DNA of 64,000 nt. It comes from Polyangia bacterium. GTDB taxonomy: Bacteria > Myxococcota_A > Polyangia > Palsa-1104 > JAEUJZ01. The translations under genes and the position numbers were made by a program. This document shows, in pieces, positions 35,054-46,361 of the stretch (within the stretch, counting starts at the first letter, position 1; each line of letters starts with the position of its first letter). The notes below the pieces were generated by a model that worked only from the letters and a program-made list of their open reading frames with translations, did no database searches and was not told where the DNA came from. The DNA lies in assembly GCA_046351595.1 (NCBI GenBank), contig JAXLYE010000002.1, positions 1,432,022-1,496,021 on the forward strand. Reading direction: 5' to 3'.

Positions 35054-36718
35054 ATGGGACATTCGACAGAGGACATGGACGTGGCCAGGCGGCGACCCGA
35101 GCCTCTTATTCCACGGAGCCTGTTGCCGACCGAGCGCTGCGCCCGCGTGGTGCTCGCCGGCGCGCTGGGGCTGCTGGTGTCGTCGACGGTGCCGGACGAG
35201 GCCGTGGCCCAGGCGAGGCCGCGGGCCGAGCGCCGGGTCCGCCGGCCGCGCGGCGGGCAGACGCCGCAGACGCCGCCCGGCACGCCGACGCAGGCGCCGA
35301 CGACCGCGCCGCCGCAGGCCCCGGCCGACTCGCCGCAGGCGGCGGTGCTGGTGCAGTGCGACGAGGGCACGGACAGCCCGCTGTGCCAGGCCGTGATCGC
35401 CGCCGCCGAGAGCGCGGCCGGCCGTCGCTACCGCCTGGTCGGCGCCGCCGCCATGGAGCCGCTGTGGGCGCGCGAGCCGCTTTTGCGCAGCTGCCGACGC
35501 GACGACTGCCGCGCCGTCATCGCCGAGCAGCTGAAGATCTCGCGCCTAGTCCAGGTCATCGTCCAGCGCTCGCGCAAGCACAAGGGCATCGACGCCACCT
35601 ACGTCCTGTACTGCTCCGAGGCGATGCGCGCCTGCAACGACGCTAGCAGCGATGACATCAAGCGCGAGGACGCCAAGCTGCGCAAGAACGTCGAGGTCGC
35701 GGTCGAGGGGCTGATCAGCACGCAGCGCCTGACCGCGCCGATGCGCCTGGACATCAAGCCCGTCGGCGCGCGCGTGACCATCGTCAGCCGCGACACCAGC
35801 TTCACCCGCAGCCTGGTGATCAGCGACGACAAGACGCAGGAGCTGCGGCTCCTGCCGGACGTCTACACCGTGCGCGTCAGCAAGCCCGGCTTCCTCGAGA
35901 AGGAGCAGACGGTCACGGTGTCGCAGGCCGGCGCCAGCATGCAGGCCGAGCTGCAGACCCGGCCGGTCGAGGTCAAGTTCGAGTGGTCGCCGCCCGGCGC
36001 CAAGGTGCTCGTCGATGGCGAGGCCGTGGACCCGCGGATCCGCGCGCTCGAGCTGCCCGAGGGCACGCACAAGGTCGAGGTGCTGGCCCCGCCGGGTGAG
36101 CCCTACGACCCGCTGCGCCAGGACATCGAGGTGCGCATGGGCATGCAGCCGGTGCGGCTGGTGCTGCAGCGCCTGACCGAGCTGCACATCCGCGCGCCGC
36201 GCGGCTACACCGTCAGCGTCGACAACAAGCTGCTGCCCGCCGAGCAGCTCAGGCCGCACGGGCTGACCGTCGAGGCGACGGTGCCGTCGATCGCGGGCTC
36301 GCACACGGTCTCGGCGGTGAGCTGGCGCGGGCTGCAGCTGTCGACGCAGATCGACGCGCTGCCGCGCACCACCGCCGAGGTGAACCTGACGCCGCCGTCG
36401 CTGGTGCCGGGCGCGGTGATCGGCACGCTCGGCGCGCTCGCGCTGGTCTCGGGCGGCGTGCTGCTCTACTACGACGGCAAGCCCACGGACAGCCGCGACC
36501 TGTTCCGCTACGACTTCCTGACCACCTCGGCGGTGCTCATGGGCGTGGGCGGCGCGGCGCTGCTCACCGGCGCGATCTGGTTCGGCCGCAGCGCCGCCAA
36601 CCACCCGCTGTTCCACAAGCCGAGCGACCGCCGCTCGGCCGCTGCCCCGTCGCGGGTGAGCCTGCTGCCGCAGCTCGGCGCGACCTACACGGGGGTACTC
36701 ACCACCGTGCACTTCTGA
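35054..36718 (+). CDS. Secreted protein with PEGA-like beta domains and a C-terminal transmembrane anchor
   Basis: Signal peptide RVVLAGALGLLVSSTV. Several V-R/K-V-S-x-P-G-F PEGA-like segments. C-terminal helices (VIGTLGALALVSGGVLLYY..AVLMGVGGAALLTGAIWF). Confidence 0.55.
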   Translation: MGHSTEDMDVARRRPEPLIPRSLLPTERCARVVLAGALGLLVSSTVPDEAVAQARPRAERRVRRPRGGQTPQTPPGTPTQAPTTAPPQAPADSPQAAVLVQCDEGTDSPLCQAVIAAAESAAGRRYRLVGAAAMEPLWAREPLLRSCRRDDCRAVIAEQLKISRLVQVIVQRSRKHKGIDATYVLYCSEAMRACNDASSDDIKREDAKLRKNVEVAVEGLISTQRLTAPMRLDIKPVGARVTIVSRDTSFTRSLVISDDKTQELRLLPDVYTVRVSKPGFLEKEQTVTVSQAGASMQAELQTRPVEVKFEWSPPGAKVLVDGEAVDPRIRALELPEGTHKVEVLAPPGEPYDPLRQDIEVRMGMQPVRLVLQRLTELHIRAPRGYTVSVDNKLLPAEQLRPHGLTVEATVPSIAGSHTVSAVSWRGLQLSTQIDALPRTTAEVNLTPPSLVPGAVIGTLGALALVSGGVLLYYDGKPTDSRDLFRYDFLTTSAVLMGVGGAALLTGAIWFGRSAANHPLFHKPSDRRSAAAPSRVSLLPQLGATYTGVLTTVHF

Positions 36719-36817
36719 TACGGTTCGCGGCGTCTTCTAGTCCTTCTGCGGCCGCCCCCGGCGGCGCTCCCCCAGGGAATCCACCCAGGGGACTCACGAA
36801 GCTCTACGAGGAGGCTG

Positions 36818-38422
36818 ATGCGGACCGGATCGCTGTGCCTGGTGCTGCTCGTCGCTGTGGTGGCCGGGAGCTGCAAGCTGCCCGACGAGCCGGGCTGCGC
36901 CGAGGGCGCGCCGTGTCCCCCGGGCCAGCGCTGCCTCGTGTCCGTGGACCCGGCGGCCTCCCCGGGCGCGGAGCCCGACGGCATCTGCGCCGCGGTCTGC
37001 CAGCGCAGCAGCGACTGCGATGCGCTGGTGCCCCTGTGTGACCGCCGCGACGCCGTCTGCCGCAGCTGCTTCCCCGGCGAGGACGCGCTGTGCGCCGAGC
37101 GCAGCCCCGAGACGCCGAGCTGCGACGGCGGCCGCTGCGTCGCCTGCCGCCCGCCGCGCGGTGAGGCCAGCGAGGCCGCCGAGTGCGCGGCGCGCTCGGG
37201 CGCGGCGCCGGTCTGCGATCGCGCAGCGGCCCGCTGCCGCCCGTGCCAGCGCCACAGCGAGTGCGACTCCGGCGTCTGCGTCAAGGACGCGAGCTCGGCG
37301 TCTCAGCAGCGCCCGGTCGGCAGCTGCCTGCCGAGCTCCGAGGTGCTGGTGGTGGATCCGTCGCTGTGCAGCGGCATCGGGCCGGTGTTCTGCACGCCGG
37401 CGCAGGCGCTGCAGCGCATCGATGCGACGCACCGCCACGTGCTCCTGCGGCGCAGCGCCGAGCCCGCCGACTTCAGCGACCTGACGATCGGCGGCCTGCC
37501 GGCGCAGCAGAACCTGGACGTCCGCCTGATCGGGCCGCTCGCGGACCGGGCGCCGCACACCGCCGAGACGACGCCGAGCACGGTCCTCGGCGGCGTCGTC
37601 AGCCACGACGCGCTCATCGTCAAGAGCAAGGCCCGCGTCACCGTCGAGGGGCTGTACTTCCTCGGGGCACGCAGCGCGATCCTGTGCACGGGCCCGGACG
37701 CCAGCGTACGCATCGTGCGCTCGCTCATCGCCGGCAGCGAAACCGCCGTCTCGATCGCCAGCGGCTGCAGCCTCAGCGTCGAGGAGAGCTGGCTCGGCCG
37801 CGGCCCCGATGGCGGCGCCTTCATGTCCGTGCCCGCCAACGTCCGCGGCATCGACGTGAGCGGCAGCGACTTCCGCATCGTCAACAGCGTGCTCACCGAC
37901 AACGGCAACTACGCGCGCGACGCGTTCGGCGGCGTCCGGGTGCGCAGCCTCGGCGGCAAGGCGCGCTCGCTGATCCTCAACAGTACGCTGTACCAGCAGA
38001 CCGGCGTGAAGAAGCTCGACAAGTACTTCACGTCGGTGCTGTGTGACCTCGTGGTCGGCGATCAGCTGGTCATCATGAACACGCTCTTCCTCGGCGACAA
38101 GCCGCTGCTGAACTCGCCGGAGGAGCACTACGTCGACACCATCTGCGGCGCGGCGCTGCGCCACGTCGCCTCGAACGATCCGCTGCTCACCTCGGGCGAC
38201 AGCCTGGTGCTGCCGATGGACGTGACGCCGCTGGTGAGCGCGCCGAAGCGCGACCTGCGGCCGTCGCTGCGCAGCAACGAGGGCGTGGCGCTGCAGCAGT
38301 CCGGGACCGTGCGCGCCGACGTCGGCGGCCAGGGCTTCAGCGCGCCGCTCATCGACCTCACGGGCCAGCCGCGGCCCTCGGATCGGGTCACGGTCGGCGC
38401 CTTCGAGGCGGTCATTCCCTGA
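36818..38422 (+). CDS. Lipoprotein with N-terminal Cys-rich repeats and a C-terminal right-handed beta-helix (pectin-lyase-like) region
   Basis: Lipobox LVAVVAGSC. Several CxxxxC/CDxxxxxC repeats typical of myxobacterial secreted proteins, followed by beta-helix-like repeats (SAILCTGPDASVRIV..ETAVSIASGCSLSV..). Confidence 0.55.
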   Translation: MRTGSLCLVLLVAVVAGSCKLPDEPGCAEGAPCPPGQRCLVSVDPAASPGAEPDGICAAVCQRSSDCDALVPLCDRRDAVCRSCFPGEDALCAERSPETPSCDGGRCVACRPPRGEASEAAECAARSGAAPVCDRAAARCRPCQRHSECDSGVCVKDASSASQQRPVGSCLPSSEVLVVDPSLCSGIGPVFCTPAQALQRIDATHRHVLLRRSAEPADFSDLTIGGLPAQQNLDVRLIGPLADRAPHTAETTPSTVLGGVVSHDALIVKSKARVTVEGLYFLGARSAILCTGPDASVRIVRSLIAGSETAVSIASGCSLSVEESWLGRGPDGGAFMSVPANVRGIDVSGSDFRIVNSVLTDNGNYARDAFGGVRVRSLGGKARSLILNSTLYQQTGVKKLDKYFTSVLCDLVVGDQLVIMNTLFLGDKPLLNSPEEHYVDTICGAALRHVASNDPLLTSGDSLVLPMDVTPLVSAPKRDLRPSLRSNEGVALQQSGTVRADVGGQGFSAPLIDLTGQPRPSDRVTVGAFEAVIP

Positions 38423-38449
38423 AGCGGCCCGCCGCGCCGTCCGCGCCGC

Positions 38450-39883
38450 TCAGACGGTGTCGGGGCAGAGCAGGAAGCGCGACAGGACGCGCGCCATCAG
38501 CTCCGGATCCTCGGCGCCGGCCAGCTCGCGCGCCGAGTGCATGCTCAGCATCGGGCTGCCGACGTCGACGGTCGGCACCGCCAGCAGCGTCGAGGTGATG
38601 GGCCCGATGGTGCTGCCGCAGGCCAGATCCGTGCGGTGCGAGTAGTTCTGCACCGGCACCTTGGCCCGTCGGCACAGCTCGGTGAACAGGGCCGAGGTGC
38701 GGCCGCAGGTCGCGTAGCGCTGGTTGGCGTTCACCTTGATGACCGGGCCGCCGTTGAGCACCGGGCGGTGGTTCACCTCGTGGCGATCGGGGTAGTTGGG
38801 GTGCACCGCGTGCGCCATGTCCGCCGAGGCCACCAGCGAGCCGGCGAGCGCGCGGTGGTAGGCCTCGCGGCCGCCGCCGTCGCCCCCGGCACGGTCGCTG
38901 CCGCCGGCGCTGAGCACGATGCGCTCGAGGATGTGCGGCAGGAGCGGCGAGCCGGCGCCGTGGGCCGTCGAGCTGCCGATCTCCTCGTGATCGAACAGCG
39001 CCACCAGCGGCACCACGCCGGCCGCGTCGTCGAGGTTCTGCGACGCGCGCAAAAGCGCCGAGAGCGCGGCGTGGCTGGAGCCGAGGTTGTCGAGCCGCGG
39101 CGCGAAGATCAGCTCGTCGTTCAGCCCGGCCCGCGTCGACGGCTGCGAGTCGTGCAGCATGAGCTCGGTGTTGACGATCGACTCGGCATCGATCGACAGC
39201 GCCTGCGCGCACAGCTCGATCAGCCGCCCCGAGAGCCGCTCGGCCTTGCCGTCGGCGAGCCCGAGCAGCGGGGGCAGGTGCTCCTGGCGGTTGAGCAGCA
39301 GGCCCTTCTCGTTGACCTCGCGATCGAGGTGGATCGCGAGCTGCGCCACGCGCAAGAGCGGCCGCTGCAGGCGCACCAGCCGGCGCACCAGCCGGCCGTC
39401 GGCCCCGCGCACGATGACCCGCCCGGCGAGCTGCAGATCGCGATCGAGCCACGAGTTGAGCAGCGGGCTGCCGTAGACCTCGACGCCGAGCTGCACGTAG
39501 CCGTGCTTCTCGTAGAGCGCGCGCGGCTTGAGGCGCAGGTTCGGGCTGTCGGTGTGCGCGCCCACGATTCGGAAGCCGCGCACGCCGCCGCCGCGCCGCT
39601 CGGGCAGCACGAAGGCCAAAAGCGTGCCGTCGCCGGACAGCAGGTAGTGGCCGCCGGGCTGGAGGTCGCGCCAGCTCGCCTCGGGGTGCAGCTCCCGGAA
39701 GCCCGCGGCCGCGAGCTTCGCCGCCGCGCTCGCCGCCGCGTGGAAGGGAGTCGGCGACTCGTCAATGAAGCGGAGCAGGTCCGAGCACGTGACCGCTGCG
39801 TCCTGTTCCAGCGTGCCGCGGGGCGTACCCGCGAGCGAGGAGGTCCCGGGGGGATCAGACGGGAGGTTAGCCTGCGTCGACAT
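38450..39883 (-). CDS. M18-family aminopeptidase (aspartyl aminopeptidase-like)
   Basis: FHAAASAAAKL..GAHTDSPNLRLKP...EEIGS...HSAREL pattern of peptidase M18. 477 aa. Confidence 0.75.
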   Translation of the reverse strand: MSTQANLPSDPPGTSSLAGTPRGTLEQDAAVTCSDLLRFIDESPTPFHAAASAAAKLAAAGFRELHPEASWRDLQPGGHYLLSGDGTLLAFVLPERRGGGVRGFRIVGAHTDSPNLRLKPRALYEKHGYVQLGVEVYGSPLLNSWLDRDLQLAGRVIVRGADGRLVRRLVRLQRPLLRVAQLAIHLDREVNEKGLLLNRQEHLPPLLGLADGKAERLSGRLIELCAQALSIDAESIVNTELMLHDSQPSTRAGLNDELIFAPRLDNLGSSHAALSALLRASQNLDDAAGVVPLVALFDHEEIGSSTAHGAGSPLLPHILERIVLSAGGSDRAGGDGGGREAYHRALAGSLVASADMAHAVHPNYPDRHEVNHRPVLNGGPVIKVNANQRYATCGRTSALFTELCRRAKVPVQNYSHRTDLACGSTIGPITSTLLAVPTVDVGSPMLSMHSARELAGAEDPELMARVLSRFLLCPDTV

Positions 39884-39920
39884 GCCGACGATAATACAAT
39901 ATGTGCAGTAAATTACTCAA
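39884..39920 (-). promoter_or_regulatory. Candidate sigma-70 promoter producing a leaderless mRNA for the M18 aminopeptidase
   Basis: The minus strand reads TTGAGT-N16-TG-TATTAT-cgtcggc-ATG, so the -10 ends only 7 nt before the start codon. The region is locally AT-rich. Confidence 0.4.
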
Positions 39921-40121
39921 CTTCCGTGAGTAGCGGAGCCATGTGTCCGCGGGGCAGGGCGGCTCGTCCGACGGGAAATTGGCTGCGCACGCCGGGGCGC
40001 GGGGCGGGCGCCGGGGTCTTTGCGCCGGATCCGTGTACAAATTTTGTAGACCGGCCGGCCTACAAAAAAAGAAGGGCGGGAGGAAAAAAGCGGGCGGGCC
40101 GGGTCCGCGAAAAAAAAGTGT

Positions 40122-40150
40122 TGACCCTGGAAGCGACTTCGATAGACTCC
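40122..40150 (+). promoter_or_regulatory. Sigma-70 promoter of tRNA-Gly with upstream A-tracts (UP-element-like)
   Basis: gcgaaaaaaaagtg-TTGACC-N16-TAGACT. Three phased A-tracts sit at 40065, 40085 and 40112. Confidence 0.55.
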
Positions 40151-40229
40151 CAACTCGCCTCGCACGACACGAAGAAGTTCTTGGGCAGTTTTCAAGAAGT
40201 TCTCGGCGCGGCTGTTCCGTTGAAAATCT

Positions 40230-40301
40230 GCGGGAGTAACTCAGTGGTAGAGTGCCACCTTGCCAAGGTGGACGTCGCGGGTTCAAGTCCCGTCTCCCGC
40301 T
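40230..40301 (+). tRNA. tRNA-Gly (anticodon GCC)
   Basis: Hand-folded. Acceptor gcgggag/ctcccgc, anticodon stem ccacc/ggtgg with loop ttGCCaa, T arm gcggg-ttcaagt-cccgt. Confidence 0.85.
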
Positions 40302-40318
40302 CTCAAGCTTCGACAAGA

Positions 40319-40351
40319 GGCCAGCCCAACCGGGCTGGCCTTTTTGTTTTT
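40319..40351 (+). terminator. Rho-independent terminator after tRNA-Gly
   Basis: A 9-bp stem (ggccagccc/gggctggcc) is followed by TTTTTGTTTTT. The T-run is nearly identical to the one after tRNA-Pro. Confidence 0.8.
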
Positions 40352-40365
40352 CTGCTCTTCCGGTG

Positions 40366-40402
40366 CCGGGCGTCGGGCGTCGGGCGTCGGGCGTCGGGCG
40401 CC
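40366..40402. repeat. Heptanucleotide tandem repeat (gggcgtc) x5
   Basis: Seen directly, immediately after the tRNA-Gly terminator. Confidence 0.8.
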
Positions 40403-40623
40403 CTGGCGCGCCTGGCCGGCTCTACCGACGGTTTCTGTTCTTTGACTGCTCGCTTTCCGCGGGCGGTTTCACCGGACAAATACTGCCGGACAGATCCTGA
40501 TAAATACCGGCCCCGCGTATCAGGGCGCCTCCCCGCTGCGGCGGACCGCGCCCGCCGCGGAACGGAAGCGGCGCAGACCCGCGCATTGAACCGACGGTGA
40601 CGCAGGTTTATCATGGGTCGGAA

Positions 40624-42324
<1,701 letters not shown>

Positions 42325-42378
42325 GGCGCGCGCACTTTGCCACGCGGGCGCGGCGGTCCTGGTAGACTGGCGCGCCGT

Positions 42379-42774
42379 ATGGGTGCTCTACCTCGCCTCG
42401 CGATTGTCCCTGCTGCGCTGGCGCTCGGTTTCGGGCTTGGGCTCAGTCTCGGGCTCGGGCTGCTCGGCTGCGGGCAGCCGCAGCTGGTGAACGAACCGCC
42501 GCCGCAGCCCTCGACCGAGCGGCTGCGCCCCGAGGACTGCGACGTCGGCGCCGAGCTGTACCGCCAGCGCCTGGAGCTGCCGCCGCGCGCCGGCTCGGTC
42601 GTCAGCAACCGCTCGCTGGCGCCGCCGCCGCCCGAGGAGCAGGCGCGGCGCCTGGCCGAGTTCGTGATGCTGTGCCGGCGCGATCTGGTCGGCCGCGTGC
42701 GCCGCCTGATCGTGCGCTGCTGGAGCGACGCTCCCGACGCGGAGACGCTGCAGTCCTGCAACCAGCGCTTCTGA
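42379..42774 (+). CDS. Small hypothetical lipoprotein
   Basis: MGALPRLAIVPAALALGFGLGLSLGLGLLGC lipobox. Four Cys lie in the mature part. Confidence 0.5.
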   Translation: MGALPRLAIVPAALALGFGLGLSLGLGLLGCGQPQLVNEPPPQPSTERLRPEDCDVGAELYRQRLELPPRAGSVVSNRSLAPPPPEEQARRLAEFVMLCRRDLVGRVRRLIVRCWSDAPDAETLQSCNQRF

Positions 42775-42804
42775 CCGGGCTGCATCCCGCCACCGCCGGC
42801 CATC

Positions 42805-42872
42805 GGCCAGGAAACGGCCAGACAACGGCCAGAAAACGGCCAGAAAACGGCCAGACAACGGCCACAAAAACC
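42805..42872. repeat. Intergenic tandem repeat, 11 bp x5-6 (aacggccagaM)
   Basis: Seen directly, upstream of the oxidoreductase gene. Confidence 0.85.
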
Positions 42873-42890
42873 GACAGAAAGAAGACGTCG

Positions 42891-43949
42891 ATGTCGACCC
42901 AGGACATAAAGCACGAGCAGGGCACCGAGCGCATGATGCGGGCCGCGGTCCTCGAGAAGACGAGCGCGGACGGCTCCGGCGTGCACGTGCGCGACTGGCC
43001 GGCGCGCCGCCCCGGGGCGGGCGAGGTCGCGGTGGCGCTCAAGGCCGCGGCGCTGAACCGCCGCGACTACTGGATCAGCGTCGGCAAGTACGCCGACATC
43101 CGCACCCCGAGCGTGCTCGGCTCCGACGGCGCCGGCGTCATCATCGAGGTCGGCGCCGGCGTGCGCGAGGGCCTGCTCGGGCAGGAGGTGCTGATCAACC
43201 CGAGCCTCGGCTGGGGCAGCTCGCCCGAGGCGCAGGGCGACGGCTACCGCATCCTCGGCATGCCCGACGAGGGCACCTTCGCCGAGCGGGTCGTGGTGCC
43301 GGTGACGCAGGTCGCGCGCAAGCCCGAGCACCTGAGCTGGGTCGAGGCGGCGGCGCTGCCGCTGGCGGGCCTGACCGCGTTCCGGGCGCTGTGCGTGCGC
43401 GGCGGCCTCTTGCCGGGCGAGACCGTGCTGATCCCGGGCATCGGCAGCGGCGTGTCGACCCTGGTGCTGATGCTGGCGCGGCACCTGGGCGCGCGCTGCC
43501 TGGTCACTTCGTCGAGCCCGGCCAAGCTGGCGGCGGCGCGCGAGCTCGGCGCCGAGTACGGGGCGCTGTACACCGACGCCGACTGGGACAAGCAGCTCAT
43601 GCGCCACCTCGGCGGCGCCACCTGTGACCTCGCCGTCGACGGCGCCGGCGGCGACAGCTGGGCGCGCTGCGTCAACGTGCTGCGCCCCGGCGGGCGCCTG
43701 GTGAGCTACGGCGCGACCGCGGGCCTTTCGCAGCTCGACCTGCGCAAGCACTTCTGGAAGCAGCTCAACATCCTCGGCTCGACCATGGGCAGCGAGCGCG
43801 ACTTCGCCCAGATGGTGGCGCTGGTCGACGCCGGCAAGCTGCGGCCGCGGGTCGACTCGGTGGTGCCGCTGGCGCAGGCCGGCGAGGCGCTCGGCCGCAT
43901 GGGGCACGGCGAGCACATGGGCAAGCTCGTGCTCCGCATCGCGGAGTGA
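42891..43949 (+). CDS. Zinc-type alcohol dehydrogenase / quinone oxidoreductase (MDR superfamily)
   Basis: MRAAVLEK...GEVAV...LNRRDYW...GSDGAGVI..; NAD(P)-binding GIGSGVSTLVLMLARHLGA. The start may instead be the ATG at 42936 (MMRAAVL). Confidence 0.75.
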   Translation: MSTQDIKHEQGTERMMRAAVLEKTSADGSGVHVRDWPARRPGAGEVAVALKAAALNRRDYWISVGKYADIRTPSVLGSDGAGVIIEVGAGVREGLLGQEVLINPSLGWGSSPEAQGDGYRILGMPDEGTFAERVVVPVTQVARKPEHLSWVEAAALPLAGLTAFRALCVRGGLLPGETVLIPGIGSGVSTLVLMLARHLGARCLVTSSSPAKLAAARELGAEYGALYTDADWDKQLMRHLGGATCDLAVDGAGGDSWARCVNVLRPGGRLVSYGATAGLSQLDLRKHFWKQLNILGSTMGSERDFAQMVALVDAGKLRPRVDSVVPLAQAGEALGRMGHGEHMGKLVLRIAE

Positions 43950-43972
43950 CGAGCGGCCTGGCTGCTCTCCGC

Positions 43973-44125
43973 TAGCTGCGCGTGGCCTTGGGCGGGCGCG
44001 GCGGGGCGCCGGCCGGCTGGCCGGGCTGGGACTGCGCCTGCGCCGGCTGTCCAGAAGCGGCTTCCATCTCTTTGCGGCGCTTGTAGCGCTCGAGGGCGGC
44101 GACCAGATCTGCGAAGGGAATCATG
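43973..44125 (-). CDS. Possible small protein (50 aa) MIPFADLVAALERYKRRKEMEAAS...
   Basis: ATG-initiated and GC3-rich. It is too short for the ORF track. It ends in a low-complexity Pro/Gln tail. Confidence 0.25.
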
Positions 44126-44367
44126 GCTTGAGGATAGCCCGCAAAGGCCCCCGCGGTAAAGCCCGCTCAGCGACGGGAAACCGGGACCGCTGGGCCGCCA
44201 AAAAGTGCCGCCGTGGCGCGCGGTTAGGGCCGCCGGTCCCCGGCCGCCGCAGCTGCCTGCAGCCGGCCGCCGATCGGGGCCAGCCCGGGTCGCCGCCGGC
44301 GACGCGTCGGGCGCCTCGGCGTCGGTGGAGCGTGACACGGTGCGGCAAGAACGACTAAGGTGCCGCC

Positions 44368-45843
44368 GTGACAACGAAGCGCTATGAGGCCGGGGGGCAA
44401 AGGCCGGATTACAGCCCCGGGGGTCACGGAGGCTCTGGGGCCGCCGTCCACTCCCAGCCGCCGATCGCGATGCCGACGGGCGGCCGCGTGCCGCCGAGCA
44501 GCCGCGACGCCGAAGAGTCGGTGATCGGCGGCGTGCTGTTCTCGGGCCGCGCCATCACCCTCGTCGCGGACCTGCTCATCCCCGACGACTTCTACGACAT
44601 CAAGCACGAGGCCATCTTCGCCGCGATGCTCGAGCTCGATCAGCGCTCGCAGCCCATCGACCTGATCACGGTGGCCGAGCAGATGCGCGCCAGCGGCACG
44701 CTGAGCAAGCTCGCCGCGGTCGGCAGCGAGGCCTTCCTGGCGGAGCTCGCGAACAAGGTCGCCACCGTCGAGAACATCGTGCACCACGCCGGCATCGTGC
44801 GGTCGATGTCGACCAAGCGCCGCCTGATCCGCGCCTCAAGCAGCATCGCCGAGAAGGGCTACAACCCCGACCTCGAGGCCGACAAGTACATCGACCAGGC
44901 GCAGCAGGCGGTGTTCGAGATCTCCAGCCGCTCGAACCGCCAGAGCTACGAGGCGGTGCGCAAGGTCCTGCACACCGCGATCAAGGCCCTGGAGCAGCGC
45001 TTCTCGCGCAAGGAGGCGATCACCGGCGTCGGCACCGACTATACGAAGTTTGACGAGATGACCGCCGGCATGCAGCCCGGTGACCTCATCATCATCGCCG
45101 CGCGCCCCTCGATGGGGAAGACGTCGTTCGTCATGAACTGCGCCCAGAACGCCGCGCTCAACCACAACGTGCCGACGCTGGTGTTCTCGCTCGAGATGTC
45201 CAAGGAGTCGCTGATCGAGCGTGTGCTGTGCTGCGAGGCGCGCATCGACGCGCAGAAGCTGCGCACCGGCATGCTCGAGACGCGCGACTGGATCAACATC
45301 ACCAAGGCCGCCTCGCGCGTCGCCGAGGCGCCGATGTGGATCGACGACGGCGGCTCGCCGACGCTGATGGAGATCCGCTCGAAGTGCCGGCGCTGGCGCT
45401 CGGACAGCTCGATCTTCCCCAAGGGCATCGAGCAGCACGGCCTCGTGGTCATCGACTACCTGCAGCTCGTCCACGGCAGCTCGGCCGGCGCCTCGGAGAG
45501 CCGCGAGCGCGAGATCAGCGAGATCTCCCGCGGCTTGAAGGCGCTGGCCAAGGAGCTGCGCGTGCCCGTGGTCGCCCTGTCGCAGCTTAACCGCTCGGTC
45601 GAGTCGCGCGCCGACAAGCGGCCCATGCCGTCGGACCTGCGCGAGTCCGGCGCCATCGAGCAGGACGCGGACCTCATCTGCTTCATCTACCGCGACGAGG
45701 TCTACAACAAGGAGACGCCCGACCGCGGCGTCGCCGAGATCATCATCGGCAAGCAGCGCAACGGCCCCACCGGCACCGTGCGCCTGGCGTTCTTCAACCA
45801 GTACACGCGCTTCGAGAACCTGGCCGAAGACCGCGTCGACTGA
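44368..45843 (+). CDS. dnaB: Replicative DNA helicase
   Basis: The N-terminal domain includes DAEESVIGGVLFSGRAI. Walker A GKTSFVMN, Walker B LVVIDYLQL and an arginine finger are present. The start may be the internal ATG at 44470. Confidence 0.9.
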   Translation: MTTKRYEAGGQRPDYSPGGHGGSGAAVHSQPPIAMPTGGRVPPSSRDAEESVIGGVLFSGRAITLVADLLIPDDFYDIKHEAIFAAMLELDQRSQPIDLITVAEQMRASGTLSKLAAVGSEAFLAELANKVATVENIVHHAGIVRSMSTKRRLIRASSSIAEKGYNPDLEADKYIDQAQQAVFEISSRSNRQSYEAVRKVLHTAIKALEQRFSRKEAITGVGTDYTKFDEMTAGMQPGDLIIIAARPSMGKTSFVMNCAQNAALNHNVPTLVFSLEMSKESLIERVLCCEARIDAQKLRTGMLETRDWINITKAASRVAEAPMWIDDGGSPTLMEIRSKCRRWRSDSSIFPKGIEQHGLVVIDYLQLVHGSSAGASESREREISEISRGLKALAKELRVPVVALSQLNRSVESRADKRPMPSDLRESGAIEQDADLICFIYRDEVYNKETPDRGVAEIIIGKQRNGPTGTVRLAFFNQYTRFENLAEDRVD

Positions 45844-46361
45844 GGCCGCGGGCCGCCTGCTGAGCCGTCGCCGTCGCGACGATGAGGGCGCGCCCGTGTG
45901 CCCGGGTGACACGCTGCGCGCGCCCCGCCCAGCGCCGCCTCTTAGTCGCTGAGCGCGGCGGGTGTGCGGCCTTGCCCCGATCGCCGCGATGCGCCGCCAC
46001 GGCTGGGCTGGGGCTCAGCCTTACGCATCTGTACGGCGACGGCCCTCGCTGCGGCCGCGGCCGTGCCGGGCCACGGTCGCTCTGTGTCCCTTGGCACAGA
46101 AGATGGAGTGGGCGGCACAGCCTCTCGCCTCTCTTCTCGCGCTCTTTCGCACCAGGTCGGGCACCAGGCCGGGCACCAGCCAGGCAGCGGGCCAGGCACC
46201 AGGCCGGGCCCCAGGTCCGGACCGGGGCCGCGCGCCGCCTGCGCGCCTGCGGCTCGACGGCCCGGACCGCGGTCGGGGGAGCGCCAACGTCGCCACCGAG
46301 GTCTGTCTGCGCGCCGACGCGGCCCCGCCTGCGCCCGCGCGCGAGCCACAGGAGGAGTCTC

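Noticed and set aside
40597-40623. GTG 40597 as the kinase start
   Set aside because: It lies inside a TTGAAC-N17-TATCAT promoter and has low GC3. The downstream GTG at 40624 is more plausible.
46090-46105. TTGGCAC near the BON gene as another sigma-54 site
   Set aside because: The -12 GC is not at the correct spacing. An isolated TTGGCA hexamer is expected about 16 times by chance in the window.
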